Under the pieces are notes generated by a model. The model had not been told where the DNA came from, searched no databases, and was given only the letters and a program-made list of their open reading frames with translations. A stretch of DNA of 27,117 nt from a virus (taxonomy: Duplodnaviria > Caudoviricetes). A program made the translations under genes and the position numbers. Where the stretch lies: positions 1 through 27,117 of the IMG/VR virus record IMGVR_UViG_3300005827_000094. One strand, written 5' to 3'. Below are positions 8,972-18,745 of the stretch, piece after piece; within the stretch, counting starts at the first letter, position 1; each line of letters opens with the position of its first letter.

Positions 8972-9360
8972 TTTCCCCCGATTTCTGTTTTTAACTCCCG
9001 TTTGTAGTTCTGGACGGTAAGGGAAAGATTCATCAAGGCAACATCAAGCCCGACATATTGTTCAAGGATTCTTGAACATTCTTCTTTTGAATACACAACT
9101 TCAACTTCAGATTCCCCTTCCCCTTCCTTCAGGTTTCGCCATCCAAGGACGACAACATTTATAAGAGTGTCACGCATGGCTTTTATTGTTGCTTCTTCAT
9201 GCCCCATTTCAAGAGAGTATTTCTTCAATTGGGATATGAAATAAATTTGGGCTTTCGAAGACTCGTAATAAGTCAGGGAAAAGAAAGCATCACCCAAGGG
9301 GAGTTCAACGCCTTTTTCAGCTTTCTCCCGGTCGATTGGAAATTGTGTTGATAAGTTCAT
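8968..9360 (-). CDS. Tail assembly chaperone (gpG-like)
   Basis: 130 aa between tail tube and TMP; VVLGWRNL..VVYSKE motif; ends in Gly-Lys at the slippery site. Confidence 0.88.
   Translation of the reverse strand: MNLSTQFPIDREKAEKGVELPLGDAFFSLTYYESSKAQIYFISQLKKYSLEMGHEEATIKAMRDTLINVVVLGWRNLKEGEGESEVEVVYSKEECSRILEQYVGLDVALMNLSLTVQNYKRELKTEIGGK
8971..8977 (-). promoter_or_regulatory. Programmed -1 ribosomal frameshift slippery site G GGA AAG
   Basis: ATC GGG GGA AAG TAG; same heptamer and phase as the lambda G/T site. Confidence 0.9.
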
Positions 9361-9369
9361 TGTGATCCT

Positions 9370-10524
9370 TTAGAAAACGATTCGGGTTATTTGACAAGTA
9401 AAACCATTCGGACCAAGTTTAGCCATAAAATTACCGTCCATCATAACGTCATCTTCTTTTCCGGTAATGTTCACGCTTGCCTTGTCGTATTCGCAACCGT
9501 CCAGGTGAAAAACGTAAATTCCAAGGGCATCAATAATTGGAATCGAAATTGAAAAAGCCGTTCCGTTTTTATATTTGTGGTATTCTGTTGCATCTTGGAA
9601 ATAGAAAGAATATTTCCCTTTTACCTTGATTGTTTTTGCCTTAACTGAACAATTGCCGAAAGTACCAACCGCCTTTTTACCGTCAACCTGATTGTCATAG
9701 GTAAAGGAAATTGATTTTACAAGGCAACTTGCAAGGCTCTTGCCATCGATCATGATGTTTGCAACAGATTCACCAGCCGTAAATGGGTTATTGGTTACAA
9801 CCGCTGTTGGTGCCGGGCTTGAATATTCGGTAACGGTATCTTGTTCAGACAACCCGGCGAATTCAAGTTTCATTTTGAGAATTTCTGAAGCTTCGGCAGA
9901 AAGTTCAAAAGACGAAACAACGGAACCAAGTTGAAGGAAGAATTGACTTGCATCATAAAGGGCTTTCTGAATACTCCATGAGGTCTTGAAACTGCCGTTG
10001 CGGTAATTATCGCCCTTTACCGTAACCGTTTTATTATTTTCAGTAACAAGAGCCTTTGCAACTGTTACGGTTTTTCCGTTAACGGCTTTTGCATAATGCA
10101 ACCCAAGATTAGCCGCGTTTGCATTTCCGGCGAGATAAAAGAAATTGCCAGGAACGATATTAACGGTATCCAATGCATTGAAAACGATGTTTCCGCCGTT
10201 CCCTGGAACGGTTTCAGTAACAAAATTCGTTGTATTGGCGAAAGTTCCAGGGGTAACAGGGGCTTCAACCCAAAGCATCGAAGCAAAAAGAAAATCAATG
10301 TTTCCGAATTGGAATTCGGTTGAAATATCGCCGCCCGTTTTCCGGTCAACTTTTGGAAAGCTTGACGATTGCCTATCTTTCCGAACAGTTTTGGATTCCT
10401 TTTTTACAATGGCATCTTCCAGGGATTCGTCAACGAAATTGATTGCGGTGAATTGTCCAGGGTCAAGAGTTCCCGCAACGTTTTCTTTTCTAAATGCTAA
10501 TCCGGTTTGGCTTCCATCTGACAT
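9370..10524 (-). CDS. Major tail (tube) protein, Phage_tube_2-like, with internal beta-rich insertion
   Basis: ESKTVRKDRQ..GGDISTEF, G.VVSSFELS..MKLEFAG, VKGKYSFYFQD pattern; likely start ATG 10524 (MSDGSQTG). Confidence 0.9.
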   Translation of the reverse strand: MSDGSQTGLAFRKENVAGTLDPGQFTAINFVDESLEDAIVKKESKTVRKDRQSSSFPKVDRKTGGDISTEFQFGNIDFLFASMLWVEAPVTPGTFANTTNFVTETVPGNGGNIVFNALDTVNIVPGNFFYLAGNANAANLGLHYAKAVNGKTVTVAKALVTENNKTVTVKGDNYRNGSFKTSWSIQKALYDASQFFLQLGSVVSSFELSAEASEILKMKLEFAGLSEQDTVTEYSSPAPTAVVTNNPFTAGESVANIMIDGKSLASCLVKSISFTYDNQVDGKKAVGTFGNCSVKAKTIKVKGKYSFYFQDATEYHKYKNGTAFSISIPIIDALGIYVFHLDGCEYDKASVNITGKEDDVMMDGNFMAKLGPNGFTCQITRIVF

Positions 10525-10529
10525 TTTGT

Positions 10530-10919
10530 TCACCCAATGATTGAGTTATAAGTAAAATCAATCAACACCTTTCTTTGGTGCCAATTGTCCATATTGCCCA
10601 TTCTTTCTTGCCTTGCCGTTTTAAATTGAATCCCGGCAGTATATTTTCCGGCAAACTTCTGAATCAAGGTATCACAAATATCAAGATTCGGTTTGTCACC
10701 TGTTCCTTTTGGGGTTCTGACAATAATCGTTAAAAGATAAGTTCCCCTATGACATTTCATCGATATGACAGAAGTATGAACACAAGATAAAATCGGTTCA
10801 ATATAAGCTTCACCCGTTTTCGAAGTGAAATCGACGTTATCCCATGCAATAGGTATTGATGAATTCCAGCCGCTAGAAAGAAAGTTTTCGATTGCTTGCC
10901 TTATTGCGTCTTCACTCAT
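10530..10919 (-). CDS. Tail terminator protein (DUF4128-like)
   Basis: IAWDNVDF..G.L.I.V.TPKGTG motif; directly upstream of the tail tube. Confidence 0.8.
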   Translation of the reverse strand: MSEDAIRQAIENFLSSGWNSSIPIAWDNVDFTSKTGEAYIEPILSCVHTSVISMKCHRGTYLLTIIVRTPKGTGDKPNLDICDTLIQKFAGKYTAGIQFKTARQERMGNMDNWHQRKVLIDFTYNSIIG

Positions 10920-11377
10920 TTGACAACCATCCTTGAAAGTTTGGCTAATTGTTGGTTTAAGTAAGCCGTCATTCTTGCGAAAACAGGGGCAACAATACCA
11001 TCAGGGGCTTGAATTTTCGAATGTCCGTCATCTAATGCCCCGATATATTCAACGTTGTTAGAAAGGTTTATAAAAGAATTAAATCGGATGGAAGATAAAC
11101 CGTTAAAAGCTTGCATCGAATAAACTTTGGTTCCTTTTGCTCTTTTGTATCCTTTCGGTAATGATGGCGGTTTCCATTCTGATGGTTTTGAATTTACGTT
11201 TGCGTTCCATCCGCCCGCCGCCCTTCCTGAATCTTTTGGTGTTTTGTCTTGCAAGTATCGGAAAGCGTCAAGAGAAACTTTCTTTAAAATGTCGGCTTGC
11301 ATCATCGGAACAAGCTTTTCAAATTCCTTAATAGCTTTGTTGAATTCCTTGACGCTTTTTGCGTTGTCATCCTGCAT
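10916..11377 (-). CDS. Tail completion / neck protein, HK97 gp10-like
   Basis: TPKDSGRAAGGW and NNVEYIGALDDGHSKIQAPDGIV motifs. Confidence 0.88.
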   Translation of the reverse strand: MQDDNAKSVKEFNKAIKEFEKLVPMMQADILKKVSLDAFRYLQDKTPKDSGRAAGGWNANVNSKPSEWKPPSLPKGYKRAKGTKVYSMQAFNGLSSIRFNSFINLSNNVEYIGALDDGHSKIQAPDGIVAPVFARMTAYLNQQLAKLSRMVVK

Positions 11378-11771
11378 TGACCGGCCTAACGTGAAGTTGA
11401 TAAATCAAAGGTTTCGAATCTTTTGAACCGGCTTTCACTTGCCAGATTTGCCCGCCATCTTCAACGATCAAATCATTTACTTTTGGAACATCAGGAATCA
11501 ACGAAGCCGGGAAAATTGCTTTCTTATCTATTTTCAAAATCGTTGTGTTGTCTTCTTGTCCTTCAGGGCTTTGAAAATCAGTAAACCCGAATTCATCAAA
11601 TAAGATTTTCACATTCGGGGTTTCTGAAATAACTTCGGTTGTAATCGTGCCTGATCCTGGTTGATAAACGGAACCGGCAACGCTTTTGAATGTGCAATTT
11701 TTGAGGATTGAACCGAATTTGCCCCAATTCTTTTTCAATGCCAGTTCCGCTACTCTTCCAGGATCAGACAT
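11367..11771 (-). CDS. Head closure / head-tail joining protein
   Basis: YQPGSG, PKVNDLI..WQV..YQLHVR pattern; position in the neck module. Confidence 0.75.
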   Translation of the reverse strand: MSDPGRVAELALKKNWGKFGSILKNCTFKSVAGSVYQPGSGTITTEVISETPNVKILFDEFGFTDFQSPEGQEDNTTILKIDKKAIFPASLIPDVPKVNDLIVEDGGQIWQVKAGSKDSKPLIYQLHVRPVNAG

Positions 11772-11777
11772 AACTTT

Positions 11778-12254
11778 TTAACCTCTTAAAACGGGAATTG
11801 ATTTCGTTGTTCCCTGTTGTAAGTTGAATTCACAAAGCCCGTATTTCGTCAAAAGTTTTTTCACGATTCCGTTTACAAGCGGATTCGATTTTACCATTGC
11901 CTTAAATTTGAGTGAAGCGGGACCGGCTTTCAACTCTTCCAGGGAATCGTCAGCTAGTGTTGATGTACTTCCCGTTTCAACAATCTTGAAAGCTATTTCA
12001 CATTCACAATATTTGATATCAAGCGGAATCCCGTTATCATCAACTTTTACCGTGAATGTCAAACCGCTTCGGGGGAATTCATTATCTTGGTCGATATCAA
12101 CTTTTGTCCCGTACCATTCCGCCAACAAATCTAAAATCTGATTGGCGGAAACAAGGGCGGAAGTCTGAACCGGAACAGATTGTTCCGCCCATAAATCGAA
12201 ACCGTATCGTTCGCTAAAATATCCGGTTGCTTCTTCAACGGTATTATAAGGCAT
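11778..12254 (-). CDS. Head-tail adaptor protein
   Basis: YNTVEEATGYF..ALVSA..QDNEFPR..IP.DIK..CEIA pattern; position after the capsid gene. Confidence 0.8.
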   Translation of the reverse strand: MPYNTVEEATGYFSERYGFDLWAEQSVPVQTSALVSANQILDLLAEWYGTKVDIDQDNEFPRSGLTFTVKVDDNGIPLDIKYCECEIAFKIVETGSTSTLADDSLEELKAGPASLKFKAMVKSNPLVNGIVKKLLTKYGLCEFNLQQGTTKSIPVLRG

Positions 12255-12260
12255 GGCTTT

Positions 12261-12635
12261 TTACTCCAAATCAAAGTCAAGTTCCGCTTCCAATTCGGCT
12301 TCGCGTTGCTTCTTCCAGACGGAAAGGGGAATCAGTTTACGCTTCCGCGTCATTTCGTTTTTAACCCGGTAACGCGGAACGGTAACGATCAGCAAGCCGT
12401 CTTGATTGGCAACGCCTTTCAACCCGAAAACTTCCTCGCTTTCGCCGGGTTTCATAAGCTTATGGGGCCAAATCATTTCAATCGGCTCAAGTTCTTCCGC
12501 TGAAAATTGACGGCTTCCTGCCGGTTGTAGCCTTGCCAGTTCCGCCCGTAAGAATTCATTTTCACTTTGAAGAGTTTCAATCTTATCGGTTTTCGAAACT
12601 TTTTCTTCCGCTTGCTCTTTTTCATTTTTAGCCAT
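12261..12635 (-). CDS. Hypothetical protein downstream of the capsid gene
   Basis: 124 aa; AAGGTG upstream; charged coiled-coil-like N-terminus; no recognised family. Confidence 0.7.
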   Translation of the reverse strand: MAKNEKEQAEEKVSKTDKIETLQSENEFLRAELARLQPAGSRQFSAEELEPIEMIWPHKLMKPGESEEVFGLKGVANQDGLLIVTVPRYRVKNEMTRKRKLIPLSVWKKQREAELEAELDFDLE

Positions 12636-12683
12636 TGGATTACACCTTATGAATTTTTATTGGTTATGGGTTTTGGTGCCGAA

Positions 12684-13628
12684 TTAAGCGGCTTTGATTC
12701 CGGTCAGGCGGGCAATACCGCGCCGGTTGAAAATTGCGAAGTTGCAATAGGATTTAACCCGGTAAATGGTTTGATCCTTGGCTTCCTTCGCCCCAATTGC
12801 ATCAATTACAATACCCGCGTCAACGGCTTCGGGATGAATCATGGAACAACCGATTTTCCGGCTTCCATCGTCCCAACAACCGGCATAAATGGACGATTGA
12901 ACGCCGGTTGTAAGGGCGGCACCGTCATCGGTTTCGGTTGTTGAAAGCCATCGGTTAACGAAGATTGGAATTCCTTCATAGGAAAGCGTTTTGCGCCCAT
13001 CAGGAAGCGTTACAACCCATTCGCCGGGAGTTCCGCCCAAAGCCCGCAAAAGCACCTTGTATGCGTTGAAATCGCGTTGTGACATTTGAATAAAGTCAAC
13101 TTCTCCATCCTTCGCGTCAACCTTCGCCAAAAGCTGATCAAGCAACAGGAAAGAAAGAACGTCACCGCCTGATTTCGTTGTAACGTATTGGCTGGAATCG
13201 ACCAAGGCGGGCATAGAATTGAAAAGAGCCGCGTTACCATCGGCAGACATTCCGGCAATACAAGCCTGAATCAATCGCCCAAGGGCTTTCGATTTCGAGC
13301 TAATTTCCATCGCTTCCAGGTCATTTTCATCACTTGCCGAATGTGCCGATTGCAAGCCATCAATTTCAGCGTCACCAATCAAGGTTGTTGAAGTGAAGGT
13401 TGCAGCGGTGACAACGGAAGTTGCTTTTGCCGTAATCGTACCATCAAGGGCAACGATTTGAGCATCACCAATGGTTGTTTCCCGGTTGACGGTAACGCCT
13501 TGACCGCTGTAACCATCCCACGGCATGACGGCATAAATCGGATTCAAGGTGAAAATGTCTTCAACAACACCTTGAACCAGTTCCGAACGGGTTCTTTTTT
13601 GAAATTCAGCGAGGGTTAATACTGCCAT
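12684..13628 (-). CDS. Major capsid protein (YuA/M6-like)
   Basis: MAVLTLAE..ELVQGVVE.I, GDAEIDGL, ISSKSKALGR, KDGEVDFI, LLRALGG, DDGSR, YRVKSYC closely resemble the Pseudomonas phage YuA/M6-type capsid as I recall it; strong AAGGAG RBS. Confidence 0.93.
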   Translation of the reverse strand: MAVLTLAEFQKRTRSELVQGVVEDIFTLNPIYAVMPWDGYSGQGVTVNRETTIGDAQIVALDGTITAKATSVVTAATFTSTTLIGDAEIDGLQSAHSASDENDLEAMEISSKSKALGRLIQACIAGMSADGNAALFNSMPALVDSSQYVTTKSGGDVLSFLLLDQLLAKVDAKDGEVDFIQMSQRDFNAYKVLLRALGGTPGEWVVTLPDGRKTLSYEGIPIFVNRWLSTTETDDGAALTTGVQSSIYAGCWDDGSRKIGCSMIHPEAVDAGIVIDAIGAKEAKDQTIYRVKSYCNFAIFNRRGIARLTGIKAA

Positions 13629-13851
13629 TGTAGTTTCTCCTTTTAAGGGATTAGATAAAAGAGCAAATCAACAAATTGATTGCCCGAACAAATAAATTGA
13701 AAATCAGGGAAAGGGCGGTCAGAACTTGACCAAAAGACGTTGCCTAAACTAAGGCGAAGAACTGTCAGGAATGAGGAAACCAAGCTAGATTTCCTCATTC
13801 CTGGCTATTAATGCAGATGTACTATTATAGACGGAAGAAAATATTTTTAAA
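13629..13851 (-). promoter_or_regulatory. Putative sigma70 promoter and structured 5' leader of the capsid gene
   Basis: TATAAT at 13829-13824, TTTAAA at 13851-13846 (16-bp spacer); perfect 14-bp stem 13766-13779/13790-13803; smaller hairpins at 13742-13755 and 13717-13731. Confidence 0.6.
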
Positions 13852-13859
13852 AGCTTTTT

Positions 13860-14600
13860 TTATCCTTGATTTTTCAGGGATTTAAGCCCGTCCTTAATCC
13901 GATTGAATGAAGATTTGGTTTCGCCGCCGCCGTTAGCCTGACCGCCTTTAGAATCACCGCCCTTTTGCCCTGAAGGTTTCAAAAGTGAATCTTTATTAGG
14001 ATCAGCCATAATAATTGATTCAATACATTCATCGAATTCAGCCGGTTTCCCTGGATTGACTTTTGAATAAATGGTTCCGCCATCCCTGAATTTTCCAATT
14101 ACGTTTCCATTTTCATCAACGGAAAAATGATTGCGGAAATGGGAAACGGCAACAGGGCGGGCTTTGTCGAAAATCGTTGTTTCCAGGGCTTTGGAAGTTG
14201 CAAACCTGGATGTTACGATTGCATCAAACAATTGATTGTTCAGTTTATCAATTTGGGCTTTATTGGCTTCACTTGCCGTTTTATAGGAAGTTTCCAATTC
14301 ACCCTTGAGCCGTTCCAGGTCAACTTTATGTTTGTCACCCAAAGAAGCGACAGTTGCCAAAGCTTCAGCCGCCGCTTTTGGATTGGTACGAATCGGTTCA
14401 GGAATCGAATCAAGAATTGATTGCAATTCGCTTTTCTTCTGTCGATGTGTTTTCGCTTCCGTTCTCAATTCGGAAAGTGTTGTTGCGGTCCCGAAAACAT
14501 CCATTTCATAAGGCTCTTGCCCTGCAACTTCAGGATCAATCATAATGCCGCCTTTTGAACCAAGAACAATTTTCCCATCCTTATCAATTACGTATTTCAT
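13860..14600 (-). CDS. Capsid scaffolding protein (DUF6651-like)
   Basis: LRTEAKTHR coiled coil; IYSKVNPGKPAEFDECIE.I..P.KDSLLK; Gly-rich tail ending in IKDGL; directly upstream of the capsid gene. Confidence 0.85.
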   Translation of the reverse strand: MKYVIDKDGKIVLGSKGGIMIDPEVAGQEPYEMDVFGTATTLSELRTEAKTHRQKKSELQSILDSIPEPIRTNPKAAAEALATVASLGDKHKVDLERLKGELETSYKTASEANKAQIDKLNNQLFDAIVTSRFATSKALETTIFDKARPVAVSHFRNHFSVDENGNVIGKFRDGGTIYSKVNPGKPAEFDECIESIIMADPNKDSLLKPSGQKGGDSKGGQANGGGETKSSFNRIKDGLKSLKNQG

Positions 14601-14612
14601 GCCATTTCACCT

Positions 14613-15752
14613 TTACTTTGTTTTTCCCGTTATTGGGTAACCTAATTCGGCAAGCGTGTATAACTCGCCTGTTTGCGAATTAACCAAATCAGAAAATTCT
14701 AGTTTACCTGAAGAAATCAAATCGGCCCGATTCGGCCCGACAACTTGAGATAACCAAGATTTCCCCTTTCCTGTTGCGAATTCACCATACGGCATATCGA
14801 CCAATTCCGCGTGTTGAATTGATCCCTTGCCCCTGCCAAGATCGACATTTTCGGGCTTCCTTTCAAGAAATGTCCGGTATTCTTCCTCCATTTCATCCAT
14901 CGTTATATGATTTCCGTCTTTGTCACGAATATCATGTTTTTTGAATAGTTCATTCCAGGTTAATGTTATTGGTGACCACATACAACGGCAACGGGCATGA
15001 AGCGGGCAAGGCGGATGTGGTTTATTCAAATCGTATTCTTGACCATCCAGGGCGGCACAACGCGGGCAAGTTCCATGCCCTGTCGATAAATGCCCCATTT
15101 CCATTATTGCCGTCCATCGCATTGCCTTGACAATATCAGGATTTTCAAAAAAGATTTGTTCTTGCGCACCTGTCACCGCCGCTTGATTATAAGACCGGGC
15201 AAGGGTAATCAACTCTTGCCGGGTTTTATCCTCATATAAACCGACAAGACCTTTATACATGTAACGATAACTTGCCCCTTCAAGTCTTGCTGCAATAAGC
15301 GTTTCTTGCATTGCCGCCAAATCATCGAAGTTTTTAAAAACCCATTCTTCAAGGATGTTCCCCCCGATTGGAATGTTTTGAATCGATTCAACAACAGTTT
15401 TTGCAGAATCAAGGCTTGAATTAAAATTCCGGTCTTTGTTATCCCAAGAATAAATCTTTTCAAACTCTTCAAGGGCTTTTACCGTTACATCACCAACACT
15501 TGATTTTATAGGCTCAAGAACGATTTTAATCAATGCCCTGTTTGCCGCCTGTAAATCTCTTAACAATGCTTTTAATTGTTTCTTGGTTTCTTCTCCTTTT
15601 GTTTTAAACAAACGGGCTTTAATGTCTTTTATTGCCCTGTCATATACCGCCATCATTTGATTTATACTTTCGTCTTCGTACAAATCAAGATTGTTCCGCA
15701 AATCCAAAAGGCGATAATACTGAATCAGATATTCCCGATTTAGTTTTTTCAT
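14613..15752 (-). CDS. Head morphogenesis / minor head protein (Mu gpF, SPP1 gp7-like)
   Basis: RWTA..TCPRCAALDGQ..PPCPLHARCRC motif; follows the portal. Confidence 0.9.
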   Translation of the reverse strand: MKKLNREYLIQYYRLLDLRNNLDLYEDESINQMMAVYDRAIKDIKARLFKTKGEETKKQLKALLRDLQAANRALIKIVLEPIKSSVGDVTVKALEEFEKIYSWDNKDRNFNSSLDSAKTVVESIQNIPIGGNILEEWVFKNFDDLAAMQETLIAARLEGASYRYMYKGLVGLYEDKTRQELITLARSYNQAAVTGAQEQIFFENPDIVKAMRWTAIMEMGHLSTGHGTCPRCAALDGQEYDLNKPHPPCPLHARCRCMWSPITLTWNELFKKHDIRDKDGNHITMDEMEEEYRTFLERKPENVDLGRGKGSIQHAELVDMPYGEFATGKGKSWLSQVVGPNRADLISSGKLEFSDLVNSQTGELYTLAELGYPITGKTK

Positions 15753-17140
15753 TTTCCAAACAAGGTTGATTGTTTAGACATTCCAAGGTTCCGTTGCGAT
15801 TCGATCCCGGTAAGGTTTTCAATCCAATCAAGACTTTCCGAAATGAAACCCTTTCTTTGAAGTTCATCAAAGGCGTTTTTAGAAGAGAGAATTTCATTAC
15901 CAACCAAGGAAGCAAAGGCGTTGATTATTTCAGGGTCAAGAACGTTTGAAGTGAAATCACGATTCACAACAACAGAATCGGTTTTGTAATTTTTCTCGTT
16001 CTCGAAATCAGCGGCGATTGACAGGGCTTCGCGTAAGCATGATTCGAAGGAATCGACATTGGAACCCAAAGCCGAATTTGATTCAGCAGAACTTAACGCC
16101 TTTTCTGTTGCGGTCTGGTTGCCGGTCCTTGGAATCAGTTGTTGCAGACCAAAAAGAGCCATTTTTGCTTCGATTTCCGAAATGTCCTTTTGCCCGGCTT
16201 CAACTGATTTCCCGGTATGTTCGATATATTTCATATCCGCGTCTTTATCCATTGAAGCAATAGCAGTATGAACGCTTTGCTTGACCTTTTCGGTATCAAC
16301 AAGCTTCATGAACAAAAGCGGGCAACGGATAATGTGAAGGATGTTCTTTTGGTCACTCTTGCTTTGCCAATGGTCAAGGTTCAGTTCCGCTAAATCAATC
16401 AACGGGCTTTCCCCTGTAACCATTGAAAGCTTTCTTCCAGGAATGAAGGTAACAAGCGGAATATAATCAAGGGAAGTTGTTCCTTCCTCATGAATAAGCC
16501 ATTTCTTTGTTTTGCCGCTTTGTCTGTATACTTTCCAGGTTCCCGGCTCAAGAACCCGAATTTGCCTTACTTCAACTTCTTCAAATTCGTTAACCCTTTC
16601 GGTTACCGATTCCCATAAACGCACCTGGACAAGCTTATTATCAACGACAATCCAGGCGAAAAGATCAAGAGCGGAAATCGTTCTGAAATAACTTCTTATA
16701 TTCGCCGCTTTCTCTTCCGCCTTGTTTACGTATTCTTCGCCCTTGTTGTTCGATTCAACCAGGATATGAACGCAACCTTCATTCATGCCTTGATCGAACA
16801 GTTGTTTTGCAAAGAAATTGAAGCTTGCCCCATTCAAGTCAACATCTGTTTTGAACATTTCTAATGATTGGGGGAATTCATCATTGAAGTTGATTTCTTT
16901 CTTGAAGACCTGACCGGAAAGGAAAATCAAAGTCTTCTTGAACACGTTGAAAAGCGTTGTTCTCTTCAAGCGGTTCTGATAATTCTTTTCTTCCTCCAAA
17001 GGGTCTTTGGGTAAATACTTTTCACCAGCCGCTTGCATTGCCAAGGTGCCGCCCATCAGCGTCATAGGCAATTCAGCCCGTTTAAACCATTCTTTATAAC
17101 CAGAACTTTCAATTTCGATTGCTTCGCGTTTCCTTGACAT
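15749..17140 (-). CDS. Portal protein (DUF4055-like)
   Basis: LMGGTLAMQAAGEKYLP..E..Y.NRL, SPLIDLAELNLDHWQSKSDQ.NILH, QTATE motifs. Start moved to ATG 17140 (AAAGGAG). Confidence 0.92.
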   Translation of the reverse strand: MSRKREAIEIESSGYKEWFKRAELPMTLMGGTLAMQAAGEKYLPKDPLEEEKNYQNRLKRTTLFNVFKKTLIFLSGQVFKKEINFNDEFPQSLEMFKTDVDLNGASFNFFAKQLFDQGMNEGCVHILVESNNKGEEYVNKAEEKAANIRSYFRTISALDLFAWIVVDNKLVQVRLWESVTERVNEFEEVEVRQIRVLEPGTWKVYRQSGKTKKWLIHEEGTTSLDYIPLVTFIPGRKLSMVTGESPLIDLAELNLDHWQSKSDQKNILHIIRCPLLFMKLVDTEKVKQSVHTAIASMDKDADMKYIEHTGKSVEAGQKDISEIEAKMALFGLQQLIPRTGNQTATEKALSSAESNSALGSNVDSFESCLREALSIAADFENEKNYKTDSVVVNRDFTSNVLDPEIINAFASLVGNEILSSKNAFDELQRKGFISESLDWIENLTGIESQRNLGMSKQSTLFGK

Positions 17141-17150
17141 GTCTTCTCCT

Positions 17151-18503
17151 TTAAAATGGAAGTGGAACATTTGAACTAACGGGTTTCGTAATCGCAAACC
17201 GTTGATTGATGAAATAACCTACTGTATCGGGTAAATGGTCAATGTCTTTTTGCTTGTCCGGTTGCCCATTCACATCATAAGCCTGTTGTTCAACGCATTT
17301 CGTTGTCTTTGGGGCTTTGATAACGTTTATCTTCAATCTCCTTTCGCCTTTCGCGTTTTCGAACATCGCATTTACTGAAAGAATACGATCTTTAACAAAG
17401 GGGTTTCTTTCATTAACCATCACTTCAAATCCGGCTTGCCGAAGCAATGCAATGTCAGTTTCCGAAGCGTTTGACGATTTGCGATTTTTCCCGCTTGCAT
17501 CAGGGTATATAATAATTGCGTGTTTCTTGCGGTTGTATCGTTCGTTTATCGCTTCAATCATCTTTGGTGTATCTCTTATCTGATACAGTTCATCAACAAT
17601 TGTTGGATATAGCCGAGGAACCTTTCTAATTTCTTCAACACCATAATCATTAAAGGCTCGTATTTCTCTGTAAGCTGTATCAATAACGCTAGTCGTTGCC
17701 GCCATCTGATTAACATTGAAATCCATGCCGATATGAAGCGTATCATTTTCTTTTATTATCCTATTTGATTTGTTGAGTTCCCTTGAAAAATTCGGGTAAA
17801 CTTGCCCTGAATTGAGATTTACAAAATATCCTTGAATATAAGCCTTAACAAGTTGCGGCGGATAATTCGCCATCAGTTCTTTTATGTAATCTTCAGGAAG
17901 GTTTTTCTGATTACTATAGGTTGACATTCTAATGAGTTCAGAACCGGGTAAAGGTTCTTCTTCGAACAAATGATAAAACGCCTTGAATCCTTCAGGCGTT
18001 GAAACTGCAAACATTTGATTCGGGTGACGTTTTGTGCCCCATTTATCCCGGTCCCGTTGCTTCTTGAATTTCGGGTATTTGATACGGCAACGGGCTTTCA
18101 TCTTCCGCCATGCTTTAATGGCAAGGTCTGTTCTCAAAAGGTCGAATTCGTCAATAATTGCTGAACCACACTCCCAACCAACAATCCTGTCAGGATCAGA
18201 AAGGGAACGACAAATAATGGTTCCTAAACCCGGCAAAACAACAAAATTCTTTTTATAATTTATGTTGTAGTCAATCTCATGTTCAAGGCAATGTTTTTCA
18301 ATTGCTGGATACCAAATGGAATTGATTAAATCGTAAGTTGGCGCACCATACGCAACGGGAATTCCAGGATATGAAAAGAGCAAATCAAAGGCTTTTTGAA
18401 TTGCAATGTATGTTTTGCCAGAACCAAACCCGGCACATACACCAACTGAAGGGGCGGTTGAACAAAAAGCCTTTGATTGTGGTTTAGAAAGTCTAATTGC
18501 CAT
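17151..18503 (-). CDS. terL: Terminase large subunit
   Basis: Walker A AGFGSGKT, Walker B AIIDEFD, STPEG coupling motif, nuclease motifs IGMDFNV, YPDASG and DHLPD. Confidence 0.96.
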   Translation of the reverse strand: MAIRLSKPQSKAFCSTAPSVGVCAGFGSGKTYIAIQKAFDLLFSYPGIPVAYGAPTYDLINSIWYPAIEKHCLEHEIDYNINYKKNFVVLPGLGTIICRSLSDPDRIVGWECGSAIIDEFDLLRTDLAIKAWRKMKARCRIKYPKFKKQRDRDKWGTKRHPNQMFAVSTPEGFKAFYHLFEEEPLPGSELIRMSTYSNQKNLPEDYIKELMANYPPQLVKAYIQGYFVNLNSGQVYPNFSRELNKSNRIIKENDTLHIGMDFNVNQMAATTSVIDTAYREIRAFNDYGVEEIRKVPRLYPTIVDELYQIRDTPKMIEAINERYNRKKHAIIIYPDASGKNRKSSNASETDIALLRQAGFEVMVNERNPFVKDRILSVNAMFENAKGERRLKINVIKAPKTTKCVEQQAYDVNGQPDKQKDIDHLPDTVGYFINQRFAITKPVSSNVPLPF

Positions 18504-18736
18504 TAGTGTTTACAAGCCTTTGTTTTGACAAACTGTAATCTTTCCCGATATTCTTCATATGACATTTCATCAAAATTTTTCTTGTCATCGCCGGGTTTCC
18601 ACAAACAGGATTTTCGGGGTTTCGGAATGTCCTTTTCATCCAGGGGAATGAGTTCAACTTCGTCAAACAGTTTGCCTGTTTTACGGATTTCGGTATACCA
18701 TTTACCGTTTTTAAAAACCCTATAAGCCGTTGTCAT
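18503..18736 (-). CDS. Hypothetical protein
   Basis: 77 aa; AAGGTG RBS; TAATG overlap with terL. Confidence 0.75.
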   Translation of the reverse strand: MTTAYRVFKNGKWYTEIRKTGKLFDEVELIPLDEKDIPKPRKSCLWKPGDDKKNFDEMSYEEYRERLQFVKTKACKH

Positions 18737-18745
18737 CTTCGCACC

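Noticed and set aside
13766-13803. Rho-independent terminator after the scaffold gene
   Set aside because: Strong stem but no convincing U-tract on either strand, and it lies downstream of the putative capsid promoter; treated as leader structure instead.
14612-14620. Single CAAAGTAAA half-site upstream of the scaffold RBS
   Set aside because: A lone half-site that coincides with the codons ACA AAG TAA; likely chance.
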